A stretch of DNA of 63,878 nucleotides, filler included, from Folioceros fuciformis (taxonomy: Eukaryota): assembly GCA_049999805.1 (NCBI GenBank). It is 4 parts of 4 records of this genome, joined end to end, with 100 filler letters (N's around TTAATTAATTAA, not from the genome) between each part and the next. Parts side by side here need not be neighbours in the genome. Positions count along the whole stretch, not along the records: positions 25,100 to 46,315 come from JBNGIO010006176.1; positions 46,416 to 62,327 come from JBNGIO010006181.1; 2 more parts are not named here. One strand, written 5' to 3'. Positions 38,954-51,592 of the stretch are shown in pieces. A model generated the notes under the pieces. It ran no database searches. It was given only the letters and a program-made list of their open reading frames with translations, and was not told the DNA's origin. The position numbers were made by a program, and so were the translations under genes. The first letter of the stretch is position 1; each line of letters opens with the position of its first letter.

Positions 38954-40587
38954 CTCCCAACCTCCATCTAGATGAATTATTGTGGGTACCCATCACTGAC
39001 GTCCTTAAGATTGCTTGCACCACGGCACCTAGTGGCAGCAAAGAAGGTCGGGCTTGAACACAAGATGGATTTCGGACAAATTTATTGCGCCTCTTTAGCA
39101 CGGATGCATGGGGGTCCTGCCATCTCGCCGCCCTCATGCACATATTCATATGCTTGGAGGATTTCCCTCCTTGACGATTTCCACACATCGGAGCACAAGT
39201 GTCACATGGATTGTCCGTCATGCTCCAAGGGGCACATGGAAATACGGCACACTCGATGGCATCGAGACTCCAAAATCCCCTCACCGTTTATAGGGAAAAT
39301 CCTTTCAAGGCGCTTCCTCATCAATAAAACAAATAAATAAATAAAGCGATGGTTAAGGACATTTTAATCCAAAAGGTGTGGATCGTAAAAAAACAAGGCT
39401 CCAATTCAGCAGCACCAGGCTTCGCAGATCTCAGCTCAACTCGAGAGGCCTCGAGACTTGGACTTAATATATCATTACCTTTTACTGTTAGGCTAATGGC
39501 AATGTGAGCAATGGAGGGAAAGTGATGCAAGACGATTTTTGCTTCGTATTTTTGGGAGTCAGTAACAAATTACCAGCCTCCTCGTTTCCATACAATTGCA
39601 TGCTGCAATCTCCAATGTTATTGTAGAGAAAATGGCAAGGCACCTCCAAACTGCCCATAGATACGTTGCTATCATTATTTGATTGGTTCATAAATCATGT
39701 AAATACTAAAAGTTGCAAATCCTAGCCTCCTATCTTGCATGGTTACAAGAACAATATGAAGCAAGCCCAAGTTTATCGCAAGCAAACCTAGCCAATAGAG
39801 GTTGTTTGCTTGCTCTAGAGAGGACTCAGGTTCAATCTCTGTGTGGTCTATTTGGTGGATAATTTGCATAAACTTATCTTGATTGAACTTGAAGAGGATC
39901 TCCAGATTAATAATTCATAATTTTCTCTCTTCCTAAGAAACCTCGGGTTTGATTTTCGTGGTCTACTTGATGGATAATATTTGTAAAGTTATTGTGATTG
40001 ACCTTAATAGAATCTTTACCTAGATAATTTATCACTTAAATTATTTTTTGATGTTACTATTTGAAAGTATGGAAGATATAGTACTAGTGGTTGCACATAA
40101 TAATGAAATAGGTGAGTGGTCCTTTTAATTTTACACCTTTTGTAGAGTTGATATATGATTGTAATCATGATGTTATGACCAGTTATGACAATGTTATGAT
40201 TGGTTATGGCTCATCTTTGACCCAAATCTCATATGTGCTGCCCACTACCTAATTATAGGTACAAGAGGTACTCTTAAGGGACAAACATTGTTTAAAAGTT
40301 GAGGTTATGGTTGTTTTATGAATGCTAAGAAACCAGGATGAAAATAGGAGACACCTTGAGAAAAGAATAGCAAATGCCTAACAAGATTTATCTCTCTTCG
40401 GGTATTACAAAAAAACAAAAGATGAAGCGTGATGTTGAAAACCTCCCTTTTATTTATTTTGTGAGGTGAAGAATGATCATACGGTTTTACATTATATTTT
40501 TGTTTTAAAGATGGTTTGGATTTTGTGAAGGAGGTTCCTTAGATTTGGAAGTATGTTAGAAAACAAAGGTTATTATGAGGAGGTGGG

Positions 40588-40988
40588 AACTCTTTGTCCT
40601 CTTTGGTATATCACAAATTAAAAATAAAAAAGTGGAAACACGATGTTCTCTTTTTGGTACACCTTTCAAGGGAAAGAAAAAAACTTAGGGATTCTTTGTC
40701 CTCTTTCGTATGTCCTAAAAGAAAAGAAAAGAAAAAGTAAGAACTCTTTATCCTCTTTGGTATATCATAAATTAAAAAAAAAAAGTGGAAACATAATGTT
40801 CTCTTTGGTACACCTTACAAGGGAAAGAAAAAAACTTAGGGATTCTTTGTCCTCTTTCGCATGTCGTAAAAGAAAAGAAAAGGAAAAGTAGGAATTCTTT
40901 GTCTTCTTTGGTATATCATAAAAATAAAATAAAAATGGAAACACGACGTTCTCTTTGGTACACCTTACAAGGGAAAGAAAAAAACTTA
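40588..40988. repeat. ~153-bp AT-rich tandem repeat, ~2.6 copies
   Basis: Units start ~40588, ~40742 and ~40894: AAYTCTTTRTCYTCTTTGGTATATCA...GGTACACCTT.CAAGGGAAAGAAAAAAACTTA. Confidence 0.85.
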
Positions 40989-41000
40989 ATTGAATTGAAC

Positions 41001-43525
41001 TTAAATTGAATTGTCAAGGAGCTGTATCTTGACTAATCCTGTACCCTTAATGGATAAACCACTGTCATCACCCAAAAGAACAAATTGGTGATGATCTGGA
41101 GTAGAGTCAAAAACAGTGAAAGCATTCCTATCAAAACAGATGTGGCTGGTTGCCCCCGAGTCGAGAAACCACATGTCATTCTGGATCTGAACAGAAGATA
41201 AGCAAATTGCTAAGATGGAGGGTGGCTTGGGTAGACCTTTAGATGTGGCTACATTGGATGCTGGAATGGAACTTGCACTTTCCTTCCTGGGCTCACCAGC
41301 CCTTTTCTTCCTACAATCCTTCTCAAAATGACCAGGAATCTTGCACCAGTTGCACGTGAAAGTATGTCTTTGAAGGTTGGGCTGCCGAGAGGTTGAAGAT
41401 CCTTCTCGTGTTGAGCACCCACGTCCTCTGCCACGATTGCCTCCACGTCCTCTTGAAGCAAAAAAAACTCTGTTGCCTTGCTGCATAGTAGGCTTTGACT
41501 TGTGAAGGCTCCTCCGGCGTTCTTCAGCAATCAAAGCTCCAAATATCTGCTCCAATGTTATATTGGCACCAGGTCCAACTGCTTGAAGAGTAGCATTCTG
41601 AGAACTGATAAACTAAGAATAACTATCAGGCAGAGATGCTAAAAAGGAAACAGCTGCTTGAAACTCAATGAAAGTTGTCCCACAATATGCAAGGGTCGCA
41701 CGAGCTGTGCGAAACTTATTGATATAAGACTAAACAGTCTCATTATCCTTCATACGAATATTGAAAAAATCCCGATGCGCCAAAACAAGGAAATAGAACT
41801 CTTATCTCTATAGATGAGTTGGAAGTTGTTCCAAACTTCAGCTGAGGTGTCAGCGTCCATGGTATGTGGCATCATGTTCCTGTCAAGGGATGCCAAAAGG
41901 ATTGACTGGGCTCTCCTGTCCTTCCTTTGCCATGCAAGAATATCAGCAGCATTTGCATTGTTGGGCTGTGCTGCTGGTTTTGGTTCTGTCCCGTCCACGA
42001 CGGACATGAGCTCATGCTCCTCCAAAATATGGGTCAGCCTCATGGCCCAGATGTGGTAATCATTACCATTGAAGCGATCCTTGTCCTTGAACTCAATCTT
42101 CAAGGAACCTAGGGTGATCGCCATAGCTTGCGCAAGGGTGTTGACAGGAGGCATTGGTTGTTGAAATGTGCTGGCTCCTAAATGTGCAGCTTGTGCAGTG
42201 GAAATTCCAACTCCACCAGCAGGATAGCCTGCCGCGCTTGCAAGGGTGCTTGCAAAACCAGCAGGGTTGCCTGCTGCAGGAGAGGGAACACCAGATGGGT
42301 TGCCCCAAAAACTTCTCAAAAGCTCAAAAGGAGACGCCGCTTGCTGCTCATCGATGCCGGTTGTGGAATTGACAATAGGGGAAGCGGGTTCCTCCTGCAA
42401 ATCCAATCTGCCAAGGTCCACATCTTCGCCTTCATTAAATTCGCTAGACGCTGATGATGGCGAACCTGGCTGCATGTCCAATTTTCAGACATTAAGAACG
42501 GGGCACGCGTGGGCGTCCCGGTGAAAACAGCCTAGCCAAATGCACACGCTTCTCTTCTTCAAATGGAGTAGACAATAAATATAATTGCCGAATTCCCGTT
42601 AGAAGAATAGAGAGAAAATCTTGTAAATCATGGATCTGGTGAGATGCTTCCCTCAAATCAGCTTCAAGTTGTCGTTGTAGAAAGTTACGAGGAAATGACG
42701 AAGCTGGATGTTGAATAGGGCCTCTATTGGAAACACGTCTCACTAAATTTTGTTGAGGGCTCCTTTCACGGGGTTCCTTCAACTTGCGATGTAAACAAAT
42801 GAAGCCACAATCTGATGTAGGTGACGGTGAGGCTTGAGGACGAACACTCCTCCACTACACGCGGGAAGTCGTCCTGCGCCTCGGCATATCCCAGAGCGGC
42901 GGAATGCCGGCTTGAAAATCAGGCTTCCTTTCCTAGCACCGTGCAGCAAACCAGCATGCCACATCGGGCCCTGAAGCGCCTCTAGCCATCGATCTCATCT
43001 GCCCGGCCTCAAATCACATCAAAACCAAGTTGTTGTCGCCAGCGCCTTGGTACTGCGTTCTCCATCCAAGGTTGTCCAGGGCTACAAGTCACACCTACAG
43101 GCTGCAGCGCGCCTTGAGGGCCGTGATCACGGCTACAGCGGAAATTGAAACGCGCGGCAGAAAAATCCAGGTTGCTTGGCCGGTAGAGGCGCTGAAAACC
43201 GTGAACAATCCTGCAGATGAGGGCATGAAAGATCAAGGGCGCTCCTGCCCAGCATGTGACACCGGGCCCGGAAACGCCTCAATCCGTCGCTCGCAGGCAC
43301 GTGAGCCCGCTGCCCCTCAGCGGTAAATCGATTTTCATGGCTCTGATACCATTTCGCGTGATGGATTAGTGTGAAAGTTAGAGCACGGGCACGAGAGCGT
43401 GAGAATGCAAGGGGCAAGTGAGCAAAGACAAAAGCGGTTATAATTCATTTCACAAGAAAGTGTATATATATAATTAGGTATTTAATAAAGTATATTTCTG
43501 ATTATAAAACTAACCTAAACTAACA
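41001..43525 (-). mobile_element. 5' part of a Ty1/copia element: LTR (~43352-43525), PBS, long leader, gag, protease
   Basis: PBS rc(GGCTCTGATACCA) 43339-43351; gag 41750-42481 (RFNGNDYHIW); CNWCKIPGHFEKDC; WFLDSGATSHIC. Confidence 0.88.
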
Positions 43526-43555
43526 TAATTTCCTTTAGTCATAATTTCCTTTAGT

Positions 43556-46315
43556 TTGGACATCCATGTGATGCATCTCTGGATCCATGGTTGCTGATAT
43601 TGCTAAGAGTACACGGATGGATGTTATCTTAGCAACTGGAGAGAAAGTGTATGTGTAATCAACACCTGGCACTTGAGTATATCCTTTCCCTACCATTCTT
43701 GGCTTGTAACGCTCAATGCTTCCATCAGTCTTATGTTTGATCTTGAATACCTAGTTTAATCCTATGCACTTTCTTCCTGGAGGAAGAGGAGTGATTTTCC
43801 AAGTCTTGTTCTTGATAAGTGAATTATATTCACTATCTAGAGCCGCTCTCCACTCCTTAGCCTTTGGTCCTTCCAATGCTTCCTTCAAGGTTTGTCGCTC
43901 ATCAGCATCCACTAACAAAGCCATTTCAATGTTACATGCATTTATCGACTCCAAAAGCTTTCTTGAAGGTTTCCTACTCTTTGTTGATCTCTTGAGATCT
44001 GGTGCAGGCTCCTCTGGGTTGGTTGGATTAGGTTTTATGTCAGTGTCTGCAACACTGCATATATCCCCTACATTATCAGAAAGGGATCTACCCTAAAGAT
44101 CAGGAGTCTAATCTACATGAGGAGAAGAATCAAATGATGTATCTAGAGGTGTCTCATATACCTCCTTATACATCGTGATAACTACGGGAGTTTCTCCCAC
44201 TGTTTTGGGAGGATCTAATACTTCATCAAAAACATCCCTTCTAAAGATGATTTTCTTCGTAGAAGGGTTATATAACCAATACCCCTTTACCTCATCGGAG
44301 TATCCAAGCATGATCATTAGCATTGCATGTCTTTAGGATCCCATTTGGTTCGATTTTGCTTCGGAACATGAGCATAAACTACAGAACCAAAAATCCTAAA
44401 GTGACTGATAGTAGGTTTGATGCTAGACCATGCCTCTTCCAATGTCATTCCAAGCATAGCCTTAATTGGAACTCTGCTCAAAATGTAAGTGATTGTAACA
44501 GCAGCCTCTCCCCAAAAATGTACTTCCAATGCACTGTGATGGAGCATACACTTTGTTGCTTCCACCAAACTTTTAAGCTTGTGCTCTGCTACTCCATTTT
44601 GTTGTGGCATATGAGGAATTGCGAATTGTCTTCGAATTCCACACTCCTTGCAAAAGCTTTTAAATTGAGAAGAGATGTACTCCCCTCCATTATCACTTCT
44701 CAAAGTCTTTAAGCATTCTCCACTCTCCTTTTCAACCAAGACCTTCTATATCTTAAATGTGTTGAAAACCTCGGACTTCTCCTTCAAGAGATAAGTCCAA
44801 ATTCTTCTTTTCAAGGCATCCACAAAGACTAGAATATAACGTGATCCACCATGAGTAGGATTCTGCATGGGTCCACACACATAAGTGTGTACAAGCTCTA
44901 GCTTCTTACTAGCTCGACGAGCCCCGATCTTAGGGAACTGAGAGTGGTGAAGCTTGCCCATGATACAACCTTGACATGGTTGATAATCACCTCTGTCTCA
45001 ACGTCCAAACTTAAACCCTTAACCAAATTCTGGGTCTGCATCAATTTAAGGGTATCTATGTTTGTATGCCCTAGACGTCGATGCCAGATGCTGTTGACTC
45101 CTTGGCTGGGAGGTGAACTTAACATAGTTGCGTAAGCTTCTTCATCTCCTATAGAAGCACACAACTTGTAGAGATTGCCTTCCCAAATACCTTTGGCTAT
45201 CACCTTAACATTAGGTGATTCGGGTTGCTCGGGTTGGATGCGACATCCTTGTGAATGGAACACAATCTCATTTTCTTGGTCAATAATTCTAGCTACAAAA
45301 AGAAGATTTTTGGCAAGACTAGGTACAAGGTGTACATCCTTTATAGTACCCTTGGACTCTTCACCAGGTAGTTTTACCTTCATGACACCTTTCCCTTTGA
45401 TCTCGTATGATGTGTTATCACCAAGTGCCACCCTATGCTCTGTCAACATTTCTTTGTAGCTTGAGATCCAGGGTCGATTGTAGGTAAAGTGTTGAGATGC
45501 TCCAGGGTCTAGGTTGAGACTCTCATCCTTTCTTATTAAGCGATCTCCCATTGTCTCTATTGTTGAAGCAGAAAAAAGATTTTCTTCCCACTTACTTACT
45601 TGATTGGCTTATGATTGTTTTCCCTTCTTCAAGTCGGCCAATCTTGTCCTATAGTCTTTTGCATAATGGTTAGGTTTCTTACAATAATGGCAAGTACCCC
45701 ATGTTTTTTTCATTTTAACTTTCTCCTTTGATCCTTCACTAGAGTTGTCATGTGGGATCTTCCCTTGCGACTTTCCTTTCCTTAAAAAAAATACCGAGTC
45801 ACCTTTCTGTTCATTCTTGAATGAATTCACCAGCTCTTCTTGTAGAAGCAACCCAACCATCTCTTCTATTATCGCTTGTTTATCACTTGAATGCATCGCT
45901 ATTGATGTCATGAAAGACAACACAAATTGCATGTACGTTGATAGCAAACTATTCAATAACTCCATAATCATCCTTCCTTCAGAAGGTTTGATGTCTGTAG
46001 CTTGCATTTGATCAACCAAGTTCTTCAACTTGTTGACGTGCTATTGAATCATCTCCCCTTCAACCATCTTGAAGTTGAACAATTGTTGCTCCAACAACAT
46101 CTCACTCACCATACTTCTTTTTCGTACATATGGCAAAGGGTAGTCCATGCCTTCTTCGATGTTGCACACTCACTCAATTGAGAGAGTATGTCATCAGACA
46201 CATTAAGAAGGATTGCAGCTAATGTTGATCCATCCTTATCAAGGTCTTCTTTGGTGGGTGTGTCTTCAAGGCCCTTGTCGATGAATTTCCATACTCCTCT
46301 CTCAATGAGAAGCAT
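43556..46315 (-). mobile_element. Second, near-identical copy of the 35-39 kb copia family (RT start through gag), cut by the scaffold end
   Basis: Near-identical ORFs to 36620-38531; retains integrase core LRSDNGGEY, PQQNGVAE, HFRIFGS and EWRAALDSEYNSLIKNKTW. Confidence 0.92.
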
Positions 46316-46415
46316 NNNNNNNNNNNNNNNNNNNNNNNNNNNNNNNNNNNNNNNNNNNNTTAATTAATTAANNNNNNNNNNNNNNNNNNNNNNNNNNNNN
46401 NNNNNNNNNNNNNNN
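46316..46415. other. Artificial scaffold-join linker N44-TTAATTAATTAA-N44
   Basis: Same linker as at 25000. Confidence 0.9.
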
Positions 46416-46499
46416 AAATTATACCTCGTCCAGAATAAGATTCTGAGCATGGTAAGATGTGAGTTAATGATCTGGAGAATAATTTTGCTTGAATTTCGT

Positions 46500-47020
46500 A
46501 GAGGGTAAATCGGGAACAAGCTTTGAAGGTGTGTGGTGTCTTCCACGTTGCTGCATTCAGGTCCCAAGCATCACAAAGAAACGCTGTCAGGCCAGGATGC
46601 GGAATGTATGTTTGGCAATGTATGTCCAATATTATGTGGTCACACCCTTGTACGGGGAGTGCTAAGGCTTTGCCATGAAGCTTGGCGATCCCATAGTGCT
46701 AGAGATGAGTAGAGACGGAAGTGGGGGTAGCGGTGGAAAGTTTGAGCACCTGCAAGGCCAGAGCCTCCTCAAGCGCATATAGCTGCCGGCATCGGCGTAT
46801 ACCATCCCTGAATGGGTAGGCCCAGGTATCCGTGAAATTGTGACCCCTCAATACATTCGATAAGGCAGGTGTTTTGTCCCACATGTTTAAAAGATATTCA
46901 TCCCTCCCCAGTGAACTTAGCACCCAAGTAGTCTCGAGAATTAAGAGCTTGTCTTCAGCTTTGGAAAAAACCATTCAGCGTCGTGGTGTCCGCTAGAGAT
47001 AACATGTTCATTGCACTGTT
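46500..47020 (-). mobile_element. Possible highly decayed LINE reverse-transcriptase C-terminal remnant
   Basis: Ordered frameshifted motifs LSLADTTTL (like LFADDT), GYLGLP, and ECSNVEDTTHL (like the zf-RVT C..ET..HL). Confidence 0.4.
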
Positions 47021-49649
47021 GCGCAGCGACAGGTCTCCTCGGACAAGAGACTATGTTTTCCGGAAGGTTCTTCCATCCCTTACAAAGCAAAGTGCAATTT
47101 GGATTGGGGTTCAATGCAGTCTTCGATGGTGTCCTTGATTTTGTGGCGGTAGTTGTTCGGTTCCATGTTCCTTACTGTAAAGGAAACTAAACCAAAAAAG
47201 AAACTTTATTAACCATTTACTACCTACATACGTGCCAAAAGCTGTTGAAGGCATTGAAGTTGGTTTGCCTATTTCTCTGGAAAAGTCCAAGAATTGAAGG
47301 GTAGAGTGCGTCACAATTATTGCATCGTTTTTCCCAGTGTGTGTTGGCCCATGAACATGATTGCAAGCAGCGTAGAGCTGCACGAAGGCGGTGTTCAATT
47401 TGAGTGGGAAATGAGGAACAAGTGCCTCATAATGCCACCCGGTGCGGCGCCAAGACTGCGCTCCCGTGGCCAACTGGCAGGCCCAACGCCAAGTCGAACT
47501 GCACTTGGGACATGTTTGCATGTGTGCGTCCTCCTAGCCCTCCCGCTACAAAAGTAGCGGATGGTCAAGCAGGAGAGCACCATCTTGGAGTCCCTCTCCG
47601 TTTGTGACAGCAGCTATTGGGGAAGGGTGTGGAGACTAGCAGCATCAAGTAGTGCACAATGGATTCAGAATGGGCCTGCTCGAAATGCATGCTAGCCTTG
47701 ACCTCAGGTGAGCAATTGTTTGAAAACATGCAAGTGGCGATTATTAAAGAGGAGTATGGGAGCCAAAAGGAATAGGCTGAACAAGAAAGGGAGGAAGTTG
47801 AGAGAGTGGGAGCAGATTGGATAGAGGAAGAGTTGCACAATAACAATCAAGCACAGCCAGAGCTCAAGTGGAGTCTCAATGAGGTGCATAAGTTCTCCAA
47901 GGAGGAGCTCAGCCAACTACATGACTAAGGAAGAGGTTGAAGAACTTAGCAAGAAGATTACTTGTTGGGTGGCAGAGAGGGCTACGAGTTACAAAAGCTA
48001 AGAAAAGAGGTGAGCTAGATGAAACTATTTTTGTAAGTGTGCTGCGTGAAGAGGGGATTGTTTCCAGTTTTAAGAATCTTAAAGGCAATAAACTAGATAT
48101 TACCTTTACGATTTTGTCTAAGCAATATCACCAACTAAAGGAGGAAGAGCATAGAACGACGAGCGGTACTAGAGGAGGGAGCAAACGGAAGGCAAATAAG
48201 GAACCTAAGAAGTTGGAAGATTATCGCAAGAGGGACCCTCCTAAGAAACTCTCACACTATCGGGTGGAAGCTGAGAAGTTGGAAGATTACTGCAAGAGCG
48301 ACCCTCCCAAGAAACTCTCACACTATCAGGCTGGGAGAGGAAGAGCATACCGCAGGGGCTTCACCAAATGGAAGGCTGGTGAAGAGGCAATAACGGGAGA
48401 CTTGCCAGTTAAAAGGTCTAGTAGGTTGAACTCAAAGGAACTTGTATTTGAAGCCGAGGCTATAAGAGTTGGCTTGGGATCTGGAAATAATGGTAGTAAA
48501 CGAGAGAAAGCAATGTAGAGATAGATTTTGGAACCTAATGTCGCCAAAGTTCTACCTGTTGTTATTGGTATTGCTTTTGTGAAGAAAGTAAAATCTTTTG
48601 AATAAGAGTTGTTTTGGACAATTTCAACTTGAATAGTGTTGTGAGAGGTTTTGTGGACACATTCTCAAAGGATCATTGTTCACCAGGATTGGAGACTAAA
48701 AAAGTGGTGACTATGAATGGAAAGAAAGGAGTCTATCTAGAACAAGGAGAATGTTTTTCAGAGTGTAAGCACAATGTTCAAAAGTGGGAAATGAAAATCA
48801 AGAGCTTATAGACAATGATTTGGAGAAGAAAAGCGACGGCATAGCTTACCTTGTCTCATGTAAAGAGGCCCTAGACCTCACGATTGGAGTCAACTAGAAG
48901 CTTTTTGTGAAGACTTAGTGGTGCTTGGAAAACATTTTTAGGACACAGCTGAAAGCCTGGTAGAGTGTCTAAGTAGAAAAAGTGGAGTGAAGAACTTAGT
49001 GAGGAATAGTTCAACGCATTAAGATTTTAAGCTGGTGTATTTCACTTTCTACCCTTGCTGGTTTAAATACAAACCGGTATAAGAAATAGACCAAATTAGA
49101 AAGTTTTGAAGTTTTAGCTTTGAAAAACAATTAAGAGTGATGATAAACTTTTTAAAATAAGGAGATCTGCAGTTAAAAATGTTAGAGTGATGAAGTCTAG
49201 TTCAAGATAGACTCGTTAAATGGCAAAGCCGAGTAGTAGACTTAGTAGCGTGGAAGTTGAGATCCTTTCTGATAAAGTGTCTATGCACAAAGGGAGAGAA
49301 AGAAGAGCTAAGAGATTGGCATGGTAACCAAAGAAGAGGGGAGTGGCAAGAAGCTAGGGGGGACAGATGTGCCAAGGAGTGAGTCCAAAAGTTTGAAGGA
49401 GATCATATAGTGGATGGAGAACATCCCAAGCCTACATTTGGTGGAGTGGTTTGAGCGGCAGTAGAGGACGTTGTGGTCTCTATACTTGGCCTTGTAGCAA
49501 AGGTGCGACCATCTACTTGATAGTTTGTTGTGACCAAGGTCAGCTCACTATTCATATAGGATCACATCTCTTTTGTACACAGAAATGGCAATGAAATCTG
49601 TTTTTACTATGATATGTCCCCATCCTCTAGTCCTTTCCATCCCCTTGCC

Positions 49650-49954
49650 AGATTGGGCACTACCATAACCCATCCTCTATAGCCAAGCATATCGTCAGGA
49701 TGGAAAGTGCATTGTGTAATCTGGGTGGGCCATATGAATGACGTGTCTTGTTTGTCAGAAGATCACATAGAATGCCTTCTAGTGTTGACAAGGTTGAACC
49801 CTACAAATGCACGCCGAATTGTAGGCGAACAACCCTCCGACTCACACTCAAACCACCTAACTTTTAAAACTAAAGGCTCATGTCCTCCATGAAAGCGAAT
49901 TTGTAGTATGTCCACCACCTGGCTAGAAAAGGTCCGAGGAACATTAAAAGCCAT
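49650..49954 (-). mobile_element. CACTA/En-Spm transposase fragment (DUF4216-like)
   Basis: VVDILQIRF...LVLKVRWF...GFNLVNT...SFIWPTQITQCTF..D....GWVMV follows the DUF4216 pattern; contains an in-frame stop. Confidence 0.6.
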
Positions 49955-51283
49955 TAGTTATTAACTCTCGAAAAAGCAGTGACAATAGTGTGTCATAAAC
50001 TTCAAAATGATGTACATAATGGATGTTAACACTTAAATAAAGTTTTCACACCTTAGGGCAAACATCGTATTTCATTGTTCAACATTGTTTAAATAGAAAC
50101 TTCACACATACACAGGGTCATACAGGTTTGCTTAAGAATCCACAACTACGTTTGAGTCTATGAGACGCTGAGCATCTGTGTCTCCGAAATCATCTCAGAA
50201 AAGGTATGTGCTAAACTCAGAGAAGGTCTGTGCTAAATNNNNNNNNNNNNNNNNNNNNNNNNNNNNNNNNNNNNNNNNNNNNNNNNNNNNNNNNNNNNNN
50301 NNNNNNNNNNNNNNNNNNNNNNNNNNNNNNNNNNNNNNAAACCTCACACATACATAGGGTCATCCAGGTTTGCTTTAGAATCCATAACTACGTTTGAGGC
50401 ACTGAGCATCTGTGTCTCCAAAATCATCTTAAAGAAGGTTTGCCTAAATGGTCGTATTCTAGAAAGCCCGTTTGGTACATTTCGGAAACAATGATATCCC
50501 AATCAATTATCCATTTATAATAATTTTTCCCGAAAACTAGGCTTGCTTGACATATCTATTTTTTCAATTAAATAATAAGGACTTTGTTGTGGCGACTGCC
50601 ATCTGCCTATTCAAATAATGATTTTCTTATTTTCCTTTGAAGAAGATGCGCCGGTAGATCGGTACACTCACTCAACAATAATGGTAAAATATATGGTGAT
50701 TTATTGACTCAATGATGTTTTGAAATATATAATGTGTTCCACATTTAGCCACAGATGAATGTCATTTCTAAAAAGCACCATATAAGTTCACTCATACCAT
50801 AGTGCCCTGGCACACAAACATAAGTTCTTTAGGGTTTGCCTCTAAATCTATGACTACGTCTACATCCTTGAATCTTTAGTATTTTGTAACATTTGCCTGT
50901 GACATGTTTGAAGGGTCCCCAAATTTTTGTAGTTAATCATACAATTATTCGTTACATCAATGTCATAAGGAAACAGAAAGCTCGATATAGGAAAGACCGC
51001 AATACGATACTCCAACAGGCAAGGTGCATCGATCTAATAGTGCACTCCGGCAGTCTGGCTATGCTAGTCTACTGGTGCACTCTTGCAATCTAGGTGCGTT
51101 GATTTATCGATGCACTCTTGCAGTCTGGGTGCACCAGTTTATTGGCGTACTCTTATAATCCAAGTGTGCCAGTAGATTGGGGCACTCCTTCAGTTAAGTG
51201 AGTATATTTAAGAAAGTTTTCAAGTGCAGGTGTGCTAGTCTACTAAGCACTCTTATAGTTAAGTGAGTATATTTAAGATAAAT

Positions 51284-51592
51284 TCTTTAATTCCAACTCA
51301 AATGCTCCTTCTTTAACTCCAACTCAAATGCTTGTTCTTTAACTCCAACTCAAATATTCTTCTTTAATTCCTACTCAAATGCTCCTTCTTTAACTCCAAC
51401 TCAAATGCTCGTTCTTATAACTCCAACTAAAATGCTCGTTCTTTAACTTCAACTCAAATGCTCTCTCTTAACTCCAACTCAAATGCTCATTCTTTAACTC
51501 CAACTCAAATGACTCCAACTCAAATACTCTTCTTTTAACTCCAACTCAAATGCTCATTCTTTAACTCCAACTCAAATGCTTAGTCTTTAACT
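51284..51592. repeat. ~26-bp minisatellite (CTTTAACTCCAACTCAAATGCTC.TT), ~12 copies
   Basis: Head-to-tail units with no unique spacers. Confidence 0.92.

Noticed and set aside
51284..51592. 26-bp repeats as a CRISPR array
   Set aside because: No unique spacers, no cas genes, eukaryotic context; it is a minisatellite.
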